Of a DNA stretch of 64,000 nt, positions 29,681 through 39,065 are shown in pieces (positions within the stretch are counted from its first letter, which is position 1; every line of letters begins with the position of its first letter). Origin of the DNA: Lautropia sp. (GTDB lineage Bacteria; Pseudomonadota; Gammaproteobacteria; Burkholderiales; Burkholderiaceae_E); NCBI GenBank assembly GCA_030532425.1, contig JAUNLD010000005.1, forward strand, positions 7,670 to 71,669. Direction: 5' to 3'. The translations under genes were made by a program, and so were the position numbers. The notes under the pieces were generated by a model, which saw only the letters and a list, made by a program, of their open reading frames with translations, ran no database searches and was not told the DNA's origin.

Positions 29681-30604
29681 TCAGCCGATGGCGGCCAGCA
29701 GCAGGGCGACCAGCAGCGTGCTCGCGCCGAAGACCCGATAGACGGCCTGGCGCGTGCCCAGCAGGCGCAGCGATTCAGGCAGCAGTTCGTGCAGCACGAT
29801 GTACATCATGCCGCCGCCGGCAAAACCCAGGGCCGGTGCCACTGCCGCCTCCGAGAAGATCGTCATCGCGCCACCCAGCACGGCACCCAGCGGTTCCATC
29901 AGGCCGGTGGCCAGCGCTCCGGTGATGGCCACCCAGCGCGGCAGCCGCAGCGACCACAGCGCGCTGGCCACGATCAGCCCTTCCGGGATGTTCTGCAAGC
30001 CGATCGACAGTGCCGTCGGCCAGCCCAGTGCCGGGCCTCCGCTGAAGCCGGCACCCACGGCAAAGCCTTCGGGCAGGTTGTGCACGGCAATGGCCACGCC
30101 CATCAGGCACAGCGCATTCACGGGCAGCGGCGAGGAGGCATCCTGCGGCGCGGCGTGCAGGTGAGGCAGCAACCAGTCCAGCAGCCACATCGCCAGCACC
30201 CCCAGCGCCATGCCGGCCAGGGCATCCACGGCCAGGGGCTGAGCGGCCATCTTCAGGGCCGGCCACAGCAGCGATACCAGCGCAGCCGCGAACATCAGGC
30301 CGGCACCGAAGGCCATCATCTGGCCGATGCGGCGCAGGCCATGGCGCGCCACCAGGGGCAGGGCCAGCGCGCCCACGCCGGTGGCCAGCCCGGCCAGCGT
30401 CGAGGCCACGACGGCCTCGGCCACACGTGCGTCGTGCTGTATGGTGTCCAGCATGAAATAGATCAGGGCCAGGCCGCCCCCGACATTGATGAGCAGGCCG
30501 ATCAGGCGGCGCAGCGTCCACGGACGACGCGGACCATGCCCGATCGATGGCGGCGGCGTGGCACCGGTGGGCGAGGCAGGAGCAGGAATGGAGTATCGGG
30601 ACAT
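29681..30604 (-). CDS. ZIP-family divalent metal transporter (ZupT/GufA type)
   Basis: IAVHNLPEGFAVG and IGLQNIPEG transport-site motifs, LPHLH loop, FAGGGMMYIVLHELLPE. Confidence 0.93.
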   Translation of the reverse strand: MSRYSIPAPASPTGATPPPSIGHGPRRPWTLRRLIGLLINVGGGLALIYFMLDTIQHDARVAEAVVASTLAGLATGVGALALPLVARHGLRRIGQMMAFGAGLMFAAALVSLLWPALKMAAQPLAVDALAGMALGVLAMWLLDWLLPHLHAAPQDASSPLPVNALCLMGVAIAVHNLPEGFAVGAGFSGGPALGWPTALSIGLQNIPEGLIVASALWSLRLPRWVAITGALATGLMEPLGAVLGGAMTIFSEAAVAPALGFAGGGMMYIVLHELLPESLRLLGTRQAVYRVFGASTLLVALLLAAIG

Positions 30605-30890
30605 TGTCGACAGCCTAAAACAGTTTGTCCTGAGCCGCTAATTGATTGATCGAATGATCCTGATAGGACCACGGCCGGGCCTGGCGCCAACGGCATGCGC
30701 CCTGCGGGCGGCACCACCTTCAGGGGGGCGAAGAGCGTAACGGACCCTCACGTCGGCAGCGGCCAGCGGGCCTGAAGACAGGGCACGCGGCACAGACGAC
30801 GCGGGCTGAGCGCCCGCACCGGGGCGACCCGTATCCGCATGAGATGGATGATGCCAGTCATTTCAAAAGTATGCCAGCTGCTATAACAGG

Positions 30891-30909
30891 AATGAGAATA
30901 AATGCTATT
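30891..30909 (-). promoter_or_regulatory. Fur-box-like site upstream of the ZIP transporter
   Basis: AATGAGAATAAATGCTATT in an AT-rich patch, just upstream of a minus-strand extended -10-like TGgCATACT. Confidence 0.55.
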
Positions 30910-30930
30910 GACGTTGCAACAGCTGCCGAC

Positions 30931-31075
30931 GCATGGCGCGTGCGCGGGAATGCATGGCGTGCGAGGAGGAGCACATGGTGCATGCAGGGGGGCGCATGGC
31001 GTGCACAGGAGAAGGTATGGCGTGCGCAGGGGGAGGCATGCGCATGCAGGGGAACGCATGACACCGGCGGGGGAG
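30931..31075. repeat. Degenerate ~21-bp tandem repeat, about 7 copies
   Basis: Units such as GCATGGCGTGCGAGGAGGAGC, GCATGGCGTGCACAGGAGAAG, GTATGGCGTGCGCAGGGGGAG. Confidence 0.75.
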
Positions 31076-31156
31076 AACGGGGGCGTCCCGTGCAGCAAAT
31101 CTCCCTACAAGCCTGAAAGCATGCTTGTGGGCCGTCAGATTCTGTGTCAGAATCGA

Positions 31157-31174
31157 TTTTGTGCGGTGCAGCAA
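31157..31174 (+). promoter_or_regulatory. PhaR-box-like site upstream of the phasin gene
   Basis: TTTTGTGCGGTGCAGCAA has the TGC-N3-GCA core typical of PhaR operators. Confidence 0.5.
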
Positions 31175-31324
31175 TTGCGTCGCTTCCGGTTTCCAAACCC
31201 GCGTCTGCCTTCGGCACGATGGCGTGCAGGCATGACGCAGCCGGGCAGGTATCTCTCTCGGTGGCCGTGGCCGCCCTCCCGACACCCGCCTGACCTGGTC
31301 CACCATTCAAGGAAGATATCAACC

Positions 31325-31882
31325 ATGTTTCCCTCGATCGACGATCTGCTGAAAGCCCAATCCGAAGCCTTCAAGACCGGCAACACCGTGGCCAACGCCG
31401 CCTTTGACGGCGTGAAGAAGCTGCTGGAACTGAATGTGCAGGCCGCCCGTGCCGGCATGGAAGAGTCCACGGCTCAGCTGAACGCCCTGCTGGCCGCCAA
31501 GGACGTCAACACCCTCAACACCATGCTGGCCGACCTGTTCGCCCAGTATGGCAAGCCTGATGGCAGCAAGGCGGCGTCGTATGTCAAGAACGTCTACGAC
31601 ATCACCCAGCAGACCAACGCCCAGGTGTCGGCCCTGATCGAGCAGCAGGTGGCCAACAGCCAGCGTCAGCTGCTGGCCTCGGTCGATGCGCTGGCCAAGA
31701 ACGCCCCGGCCGGCTCCGAAGCAGCCGTCAACCTGCTGAAGCAGGGTGTCGTCAATGCCAACGCTGCCTACGAGCAGGTGCAGGCGGCCTCCAAGCAGCT
31801 GCTGGAGATGATCGACGCCAACGTCAGCAACCTGTCCAAGGCTGGCGCTGCCGCGACCGCCAAGAAGCCCGCCAGCAAGTAA
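31325..31882 (+). CDS. phaP: Phasin (PHA granule-associated protein)
   Basis: AFDGVKKLLELNVQAAR, KNAPAGSEAAV, ANAAYEQV, Ala/Lys tail; AAGGAAG RBS. Confidence 0.92.
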   Translation: MFPSIDDLLKAQSEAFKTGNTVANAAFDGVKKLLELNVQAARAGMEESTAQLNALLAAKDVNTLNTMLADLFAQYGKPDGSKAASYVKNVYDITQQTNAQVSALIEQQVANSQRQLLASVDALAKNAPAGSEAAVNLLKQGVVNANAAYEQVQAASKQLLEMIDANVSNLSKAGAAATAKKPASK

Positions 31883-31925
31883 TTCCTGCGGGTGTGCCGC
31901 CGGCCAGCTGTGCCGGCCGGCAACA

Positions 31926-31975
31926 GAAAACCCCGTCCGGGGCTCTCTGATGAGGGTGTCCGGGCGGGGTTTTTC
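31926..31975. terminator. Bidirectional intrinsic terminator between phaP and rhlE
   Basis: GAAAACCCCGTCCGG...CCGGGCGGGGTTTTTC. Confidence 0.85.
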
Positions 31976-32023
31976 CTTGTGGAATCGGGCGGGCCACCAG
32001 GTGCGGCCCGCTCAGGCTGGGAC

Positions 32024-33451
32024 TCAGCGCAGGTCGCCTGCCTGGTTGCGGGCCTGCGGCCGGCGGCGCGGACGGGTGCGGTTGCCGGCAGGGCGCTGGC
32101 CGGGGGTGCTGGCATGGCCGCCTTCGGTGCCGCCTGCGGCCACATGGTGGGCAGCCCCGCCATGAGGCGGGATGCTGGCGGGTGGGCGGCCACGGCCATC
32201 ATGGCGTGGGCTGGTGTTGCGACGGCCATTGCCGGCACCGCGCGGTGGCAGGGGCGGACGGTCGTTGATGTCGTCGGTGCCATCACCGGGCTGGGCCTGC
32301 CAGCCGGTGAAGCCATCCACCTCCACCCGCGGAATCTGGCGCTTGATGAGGCGCTCGATGCCGGTCAGCAGTTTCATCTCGTCGCGGTCCACCAGCGACA
32401 CGGCCGAGCCTTCACGACCGGCCCGGCCGGTACGGCCGATGCGGTGCACATAGTCTTCGGCCACGTTGGGCAGCTCGAAGTTGACCACGCGGGGCAGTTC
32501 GTCGATATCCAGGCCGCGTGCGGCGATGTCGGTGGCCACCAGCACCGGCAGGCTGCCATCCTTGAAGCGGCCCAGTGCGCGGGTGCGTGCGCCCTGGCTC
32601 TTGTTGCCGTGAATGGCCATGGCCTCGATGCCATCCTTGCCCAGCTGTTCGGCCAGGCGGTTGGCACCGTGCTTGGTGCGGGTGAAGACCAGCACCTGTG
32701 TCCATTGCTGCGAGCCGATCAGGTAGGAGAGCAGCGCGCGCTTGCGGGTCTTGGGCACCAGGTGAGCGGTCTGCGCCACCAGCTCCGAGGCGGTGTTGCG
32801 TGGCGCCACGTCGACTTCGGCCGGGCGGTCGAGCAGGCCGTGGGCCAGTGCACGAATCTCCGGCGAGAAGGTGGCCGAGAACAGCAGGTTCTGGCGTTTG
32901 GCCGGCAGCTTGGCAATCACCCGGCGGATGTCGTGGATGAAACCCATGTCGAGCATGCGGTCGGCCTCGTCCAGCACGAAGATCTCGATACCGGAGAGAT
33001 CGAGCGTGCCTTGCTGCACGTGGTCGAGCAGACGGCCGGGCGTGGCCACCAGGATGTCGAGCGGCTGGCGCAGTGCCTGGATCTGCGGGTTGATGCTGAC
33101 ACCCCCGAACATCACCACCGAGCGGATGCGGGTGTACTTGCCATAGGCCGTGACCGAGTCGGCCACCTGGGCCGTCAGCTCGCGGGTGGGGGTCAGGATC
33201 AGACATCGTGGCCGGCCGGGCTTGCGGGCCGGGGCAGGTGTGTCGATCAGGCGTTGCAGGATCGGCAGCGTGAAGCCCGCCGTCTTGCCGGTGCCGGTCT
33301 GGGCGGCGGCCAGCAGGTCTCGCCCGGTCAGCACCACCGGAATGGCCTTGGCCTGGATCGGGGTGGGGTGGCTGTAGCCGGCGTCGTCGAGTGCCCGCAG
33401 CAGCGGGGCAGCCAGGCCGAGCGTGCTGAAGGCAGCGTGTTCAGTATTCAA
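32024..33451 (-). CDS. rhlE: DEAD-box ATP-dependent RNA helicase RhlE
   Basis: Q motif [44 protein letters not shown]; TTG start. Confidence 0.94.
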   Translation of the reverse strand: MNTEHAAFSTLGLAAPLLRALDDAGYSHPTPIQAKAIPVVLTGRDLLAAAQTGTGKTAGFTLPILQRLIDTPAPARKPGRPRCLILTPTRELTAQVADSVTAYGKYTRIRSVVMFGGVSINPQIQALRQPLDILVATPGRLLDHVQQGTLDLSGIEIFVLDEADRMLDMGFIHDIRRVIAKLPAKRQNLLFSATFSPEIRALAHGLLDRPAEVDVAPRNTASELVAQTAHLVPKTRKRALLSYLIGSQQWTQVLVFTRTKHGANRLAEQLGKDGIEAMAIHGNKSQGARTRALGRFKDGSLPVLVATDIAARGLDIDELPRVVNFELPNVAEDYVHRIGRTGRAGREGSAVSLVDRDEMKLLTGIERLIKRQIPRVEVDGFTGWQAQPGDGTDDINDRPPLPPRGAGNGRRNTSPRHDGRGRPPASIPPHGGAAHHVAAGGTEGGHASTPGQRPAGNRTRPRRRPQARNQAGDLR

Positions 33452-33877
33452 TCGAGTGCTCCAGCGGCATCAGGGCCGCAGAAGGAAAGTAATGGGAGTG
33501 CCAGACTCGTGTCGCGGGCAGGGCGGCCGTCTGGCAGAGCGCAGGGAAATTAAGGTGTGCAGTGTGGAAAACGCAGGAAAGGGGATCGCACGGACGAAAG
33601 CGGATGATCCCTGTCGCAGGAGGCGCAAAAATATCTGCAAGCGCTGATGAGCAGCCGCCAACAGGCGTCTTGTGAACACATCCGGCCGTTGCCTGCGGCA
33701 GGGCCCGCGGTGGCAGGGCACGCAAGGCTGTCGGGGCGCATGGCGTCGACGGCAGGGAAAGCAGCTTGCGTCAGGAAGTGTTCAGAAAACGCCTGGCAGG
33801 GCAGGGTAAGGGCCCTGTTGCCGAAACGCCCGGCGCGCACGAAACAGGCGGGCCGCTACAGAATCAGCCCAGGGATC

Positions 33878-33963
33878 CACTGAACCGGTCTTGCGGTACG
33901 CCCGTCTCTATGGATCGGGGCGCCCATCCACAGGACGGGTTCAGCGTATTGCGCTGCATTATA
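33878..33963 (-). promoter_or_regulatory. TATAAT -10 element followed by a structured 5' RNA element heading a ~500-nt rhlE leader
   Basis: TATAAT on the minus strand at 33958-33963; nested stems CTGAAC/GTTCAG and CCGTC-CTGTGGAT/ATCCATAG-A-GACGG. Confidence 0.55.
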
Positions 33964-34060
33964 CGTGTTTTGCTGGATTGTTCAGCCCGGCATGGGCACT
34001 TTGGCATCATGGGTCGGAACAGAGGGGCGGATGATGTGGCGCCCCTCACACAGGGTCGGC

Positions 34061-37000
34061 TCAGGCGCTGCCCGGGCCCCTGTCTGCTGCGGCCCCGCCG
34101 TCAGGGGCCGGGCTGTCCGGCCTGTCCGCCGGTGCAGCGGCTGCGGGCGGGGGCGCATCCGTGGTGGCAGGGGACGCCGGTGCGGCGGCGCTGCCCGATT
34201 TGAGCTTGCGGGCCTTGGCGGCCGGCTTGGGCGGGGGGGGCGGCAGATGGCTCACCTCGGTAAACCGCCTGATCCCCCAGCGTATCCAGCCGATCACCGA
34301 GAACGCCATCCACAAGGCCCAGACCAGCATCACGCCCCGGAACAGCGTCAGCGAGATCGAATAGATCCAGCTGTGCTCGGGCAGCCCGTCAAAGCGGTCC
34401 TGGTACCAGTTGAACTCGAAGGTGCTGGAGCCGTTGCCCGTCACCACCATGTCGGGATAACCCAGCAATGCGCTCTTGACCGAGCCATAGAGCATCAGCA
34501 TGACGATGACGGCCAGAAAGATCATGAACGCCAGCAGCTGTCTGGGATCGAGATCAAAGCGTTTCGTGATCTGCGGTGCGCGCTGGGCGACCAGGCAGAA
34601 GCCGACGATGGACAGGATCAGCAGGATGTTGGTGCCCAGCGACGCGGGGGCCACGCCAGCCAGCAGCACCAGCCAGCTGAAGCTGCCCAGCGGGGTCGCG
34701 CCCCAGCGGCCCAGCACCACCGCCACCACCGCCAGCACGCCGATCAGGGTCCAGAACAGGATGGCCGGCCCCGGCAGCGGCCCGCCCGCCAGCAGCGGCA
34801 CGCGGTCCTGCGGCAGCTTCAGGTGGGTGGCAGCGTTGGTGCCTGGCAGGCCGGTGTCCAGCTGGCTCAGCGTGAAGCGTCCGGCCCAGCCACCGGTGCC
34901 GTGTGCTTCGCGCCAGCGCAGGCGGATGACGTGCTCCCCCGGAGAAATCGGCACACCGATGCTGCCGTCCTGGCTCTGGAGGGGAACCGTGTTGCCGTCG
35001 ATCGTCAGGGACAGCAGCTGTCCGCCTTCGGGCAGGCGCATCGGCTGGATGCCGGCCAGTGAGGCCCGGATCAGCATCGACGCTTCGAACTCGGTACTCT
35101 GGGTGCCGGGGCTGGCGATCAGCCGGTATTTTTCCAGCGTGCGGGTGGGGCCGGGGATGCTGGTGGGCTGCGTGAAGTCGATCGTTACCGATTCACCAGG
35201 CCACGGCTGCCACATGGGCATCAGCTGCCCATGCTGGATGAAGGTGGTGGGGGCCAGGCCATGCCAGCTGGTGTGCCACAGCGGGCTGGTGTGCAGGTGC
35301 CAGACTTCGATCTGTGCCGGGTTGGCCAGGGCGTGCCAGCGCAGTTGCGCCTGGGGCGGCAGTGTGCTGTGGAGCACGATCTGGTTGCTGCGGCCCAGGT
35401 GCACTTCGGCGATGCCGTCCTTCACCTGAACGCCCTCGCCATTGACCGATTCGCCCGGCAACAGGGCAAAGCGCACCCACACAGGTGCCTGGCTGACGGC
35501 ACGGCGGGTGATGCGGGTCTGCACGCGCCAGCGGTCGTGGGCGGTCAGGGTGCGCTCGACCAGTGCAAAGCTCGGCAGCGCATCGGGCACGTGGACCAGC
35601 TCCTGCCGGGTTTCGCCTTTGGGGGTGACGGCATGCAGGTCCAGATTGAGTACGCCGTCGGCCGGCAGGCCGTCCTTCAGGCCCGAAACCTTCCATTGCT
35701 CGCCCTGCACGGTCAGCATCTGCGGCTTCATGGGCAGGTTCAGGCGGATGCTGGTGCCTGCGCCGATCGGGCCGCTGATCTCGGCCTGGTGGATGCCAGC
35801 CGGCAGCAGGGCCCACAGCATGCCCTTGCCGTCTCGTCGGGTGGTGGCGGGCTTGCCGTCCAGCAGCAGGTGCGTCATGCGCCAGTTGTCGGTGGCGTCG
35901 TGGGCGGGCAGGGGTACCTGCACCTGCTCCTGGGCATGGATCGACAGGCGCAGTCGCAGCTGATGGCGGGTGGCATCCACCTGCATCTGGCCGACGGCCG
36001 CGCAGTGGGGGGCGCATTCGGTGCCGGGGTACAGGCGCTCGCGCACGGCCTGCAACATGGCAGGGCTGCCGGGGCGGGGCGCGCTGGTATCGGCTGCCTT
36101 GCTGGCCGCCGCCTCGGCTGCCGGCGCGGCGTGCGTGCCGTTGTTGCCGAAGGCAGCCTGCGCAGCCGGGCTGCCCAGCAGCAGGCCGGCGCCCAGCATC
36201 AGCGCCAGCGCCAGGCTGGCAGCCGTTGCCCCGCCGGTGGGGGCCACCGCGCTGGCCGGCCCCTGGGGGGTACCCGGGGCATCCGGTGCCGCGGGGGGGC
36301 GGCTACCCTCCGGTGCGGCGGGTGTGGCCGGCGTGTCGCCGTCGTGCGGCGCGCGCCGCAACAGCGGCCGGAGCACGACGAAGAGGCCCGCGTAGATCAG
36401 CAGCAGCTGCACGGTACGGAACAGGCGCGTGGGCCACACCGACAGGAGTGTCAGCTGCATGGGCTGCGTGCTGACGACATCGCCCTCGTTGTGAAGCTCA
36501 TACAGGTTCCAGCGCCAGCCGGGCTCGCCCGGTCCGGTCTGGATGTTCAGTTGGGTCGGGTCCACGGCAATCTCCTGATTGTTGCCGGGTGTGCGGGGGC
36601 TGGCCGCCTTGCTGCGCGCGCTTTGCTGATGGTCTGCCAGCGCGCTCTGGGCGGCAAAGTTGGCGTTGTAGGTCTGCAGGGGGCGGTCGACCGGCTGGAC
36701 ATCGTCATCGGTCTGGGCCTGTGGGTACTCCAGTGCCGGATAGGTGATGAGCCGGATCTGCTCCAGCGTGTGCGGCACCAGCCCCAGCGCCAGCAGCACT
36801 GTCAGAAAGATCGCCGCCTGCCGCACGAAGCGATGGTGGGCGGGCTTGCTCAGATAATGCCGGATGCCCAGCAGCGCCATCAGCACCAGGCAGACCTGGC
36901 TGAGGAAGGGCATCGAATGCCAGACCAGCAGCAGCATCGCCAGCAGCACGCCGGCGCGCAGCCCGCCCAGCAGATGGAAGGCGGCGATGGTCGTCAGCAG

Positions 37001-38470
37001 CAGGAAGAAGAAATCGAAGAGCCGCCACTGCGAGGTGAGCGTGGGTGGGCTGATGGTGTCGACGCCGCTGGCATGCAGCAGCATCCACCCGGGAGGCAGG
37101 TTCAGCCGGGTGCGCACATCCCGCATCACCGCGTTCCAGCCGTTGAGCATCAGCGGCTGCTCGTGGTCCTCGATGCGGGCCAGCGCCATCAGGTTCAGTG
37201 AGGCATCGCGCAGCTCGATGCCGGGCTGGCCATCAAGCCGGGTGACGGGGAGCGGTGTACCGTCGACACTGGCGTGCCCCAGTTCGGCCGGGCCTTGCAG
37301 GTGCAGGCGCCACTGGTCAGACAGTGTGCCCTGGATCTCGTCCTTCTGCGTCATCCCCTTGCCGTCGAAGTCCAGCCACAGCTCGCGCTTCAGTGACAGC
37401 TCGCCCGCGCCGGGAAAGGCATTGCCCCGGCTGTTGACCGTGATCTGCATGGGGGTGTCGGGTGTCACCTGGTAGGCCGCCAGCGACTGCCACGGGCCGG
37501 GCACCTCGGCACGGCCCGGGTCCACCGGCTCGGCGCCCTGGATGTGCGTGACGTGCAGGTCGTTGTACGGCTTGTACGACCATACCTCCTTCTGTGTGCT
37601 GCCGGCGGGCAGCGCCAGGGTCTCGACCGGCCGGGTCTGCAGGGCCTCGACCTCGACAAACCAGCTGCCGGGGCGCAGCTGCACCTGCAGGCGTCCGTCA
37701 GGATGCAGGCGGGCGGGCAGGTTGCTGCGCAGGGCCATCGGCATGGTGTTGGCCAGCAGGGCGCCGCCCAGATCGGCATCGCGCACCTCGCCGGCCACAT
37801 CCAGCTGGTAACGGGTGACGATGCGGCGCGGGATGTCGTCATCGATCAGGCGCCGGACTTCCATCGTCAGGGTGTTGTAGACGGCACTGTCATCACTGGG
37901 GGCGGATTTGCGCAGCCAGACGCGTCCCTCACGGTCGGCCACCGGGTTGATCGCCTCTCCGTCCAGTTGCAGGCCGACCAGGCCAAAGCGGGGGATGCGC
38001 AGCGCCTGGGGGAGCTGCTCCCACTGGATGCGGCCGCTGAGCTGGTGGCGGCCCGGCGGCAGCCACACCACCGGACGACCGTTGTCGTTCACCACCGGCA
38101 GCAGTTGTCCCTGCTCGTTGCGCACCTCGGCGGGCCAGCTGCCCGCCTCGCCCGGCAGGGCTTGCGCCTGGCGCGAACCGTGGACGGTGACACGTGCCCG
38201 GAAGCGCGCCTGTCGCCCCTGGATGTCGACATCGAGCTGTTCGGGCCACTGGCAGGCGCGCCGACTGTTGTCGGCGTGCTCGGGGGGGCAGCTCAGCCAT
38301 TCGTGTCCCTGCATGGCCCAGGGCACCCAGTCTTTCAGTTCATCGGGCAGCTGGCTGGGGACCAGGGGGGCGGACTGGGCGTTCCAGGCCAGGCTCAGGC
38401 CGGTGACCAGGCTGGCCAGTGCGGTCAGCAGACGTGTGCCCTTGCCGGGCAGGGGGATGCGAGCAGACAT
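34061..38470 (-). CDS. Large uncharacterised membrane protein (~1470 aa) with two homologous halves
   Basis: Uninterrupted ORF with host-like codon usage, N-terminal signal (ending AQS), beta-rich regions, two TM bundles and an internal signal-peptide-like segment. Confidence 0.88.
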   Translation of the reverse strand: MSARIPLPGKGTRLLTALASLVTGLSLAWNAQSAPLVPSQLPDELKDWVPWAMQGHEWLSCPPEHADNSRRACQWPEQLDVDIQGRQARFRARVTVHGSRQAQALPGEAGSWPAEVRNEQGQLLPVVNDNGRPVVWLPPGRHQLSGRIQWEQLPQALRIPRFGLVGLQLDGEAINPVADREGRVWLRKSAPSDDSAVYNTLTMEVRRLIDDDIPRRIVTRYQLDVAGEVRDADLGGALLANTMPMALRSNLPARLHPDGRLQVQLRPGSWFVEVEALQTRPVETLALPAGSTQKEVWSYKPYNDLHVTHIQGAEPVDPGRAEVPGPWQSLAAYQVTPDTPMQITVNSRGNAFPGAGELSLKRELWLDFDGKGMTQKDEIQGTLSDQWRLHLQGPAELGHASVDGTPLPVTRLDGQPGIELRDASLNLMALARIEDHEQPLMLNGWNAVMRDVRTRLNLPPGWMLLHASGVDTISPPTLTSQWRLFDFFFLLLTTIAAFHLLGGLRAGVLLAMLLLVWHSMPFLSQVCLVLMALLGIRHYLSKPAHHRFVRQAAIFLTVLLALGLVPHTLEQIRLITYPALEYPQAQTDDDVQPVDRPLQTYNANFAAQSALADHQQSARSKAASPRTPGNNQEIAVDPTQLNIQTGPGEPGWRWNLYELHNEGDVVSTQPMQLTLLSVWPTRLFRTVQLLLIYAGLFVVLRPLLRRAPHDGDTPATPAAPEGSRPPAAPDAPGTPQGPASAVAPTGGATAASLALALMLGAGLLLGSPAAQAAFGNNGTHAAPAAEAAASKAADTSAPRPGSPAMLQAVRERLYPGTECAPHCAAVGQMQVDATRHQLRLRLSIHAQEQVQVPLPAHDATDNWRMTHLLLDGKPATTRRDGKGMLWALLPAGIHQAEISGPIGAGTSIRLNLPMKPQMLTVQGEQWKVSGLKDGLPADGVLNLDLHAVTPKGETRQELVHVPDALPSFALVERTLTAHDRWRVQTRITRRAVSQAPVWVRFALLPGESVNGEGVQVKDGIAEVHLGRSNQIVLHSTLPPQAQLRWHALANPAQIEVWHLHTSPLWHTSWHGLAPTTFIQHGQLMPMWQPWPGESVTIDFTQPTSIPGPTRTLEKYRLIASPGTQSTEFEASMLIRASLAGIQPMRLPEGGQLLSLTIDGNTVPLQSQDGSIGVPISPGEHVIRLRWREAHGTGGWAGRFTLSQLDTGLPGTNAATHLKLPQDRVPLLAGGPLPGPAILFWTLIGVLAVVAVVLGRWGATPLGSFSWLVLLAGVAPASLGTNILLILSIVGFCLVAQRAPQITKRFDLDPRQLLAFMIFLAVIVMLMLYGSVKSALLGYPDMVVTGNGSSTFEFNWYQDRFDGLPEHSWIYSISLTLFRGVMLVWALWMAFSVIGWIRWGIRRFTEVSHLPPPPPKPAAKARKLKSGSAAAPASPATTDAPPPAAAAPADRPDSPAPDGGAAADRGPGSA

Positions 38471-38633
38471 GAGGCGGCTCCCGGGGCATAGACCGGAACA
38501 TCCTGCGCCTGTCGCGGGCAAGAATCAAAGCGGGGGACAGCCGGATGGCCTATGTCGACCGGCCAGTGCCGGAAAAACCGCACAATCGTCGCCCGCGGCC
38601 AACGTTTGCGGCCATGGGGGCCGCCGGGGCACT

Positions 38634-39065
38634 TCAGTTGCGCTGGAGCACGATGGTGATGTGGCCGGTGAACTGGCCGTCGGTGCGAAACACCGTGTAG
38701 CGGCGCGGGCCGGCCGGATAGAGGCGGTAGCAGTGCTCTTCGTTGTTGCGCAGCGCCTTGAAGCGCGAGCAATAGCCGGTGTCGGTGAAGCGGATGCGGC
38801 CGTTGACGGCACCGGTTTCCCAGCCGATGCGCAGCCGGCCATCACCCGAGGTGATGCCGAAGCCGCGGGCGCCGTTGTTGCCTTCCCACTGATAGTTGCT
38901 GTTTTCCAGCAGGGCACGCACCTGCCTGCCCGAGAGCGGCGGGGTGCCGCTTTCGCGCAGCTGTTTTTCCTGGGGTTTGCTGCCGCTGCCCAGCGTGCCG
39001 CAACCAGCCAGCAGGGCCAGCAGCAGGGGCAGGGCAAGGGCGCGACATGAGTGAGCGATGTCCAT
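38634..39065 (-). CDS. Small lipoprotein, possibly DUF995-like
   Basis: Lipobox LLAGC; beta-rich body with paired Cys (YCSRF...EHCYRLY). Family assignment tentative. Confidence 0.8.
   Translation of the reverse strand: MDIAHSCRALALPLLLALLAGCGTLGSGSKPQEKQLRESGTPPLSGRQVRALLENSNYQWEGNNGARGFGITSGDGRLRIGWETGAVNGRIRFTDTGYCSRFKALRNNEEHCYRLYPAGPRRYTVFRTDGQFTGHITIVLQRN

Noticed and set aside
30748-30840. 30-codon ORF in the ZIP leader as a possible leader peptide
   Set aside because: No RBS, no metal-ligand enrichment beyond two Cys, and such ORFs arise by chance at this GC content.
30931-31075. Possible CRISPR array
   Set aside because: Units are short, degenerate and contiguous with no unique spacers, and there are no cas genes in the window.
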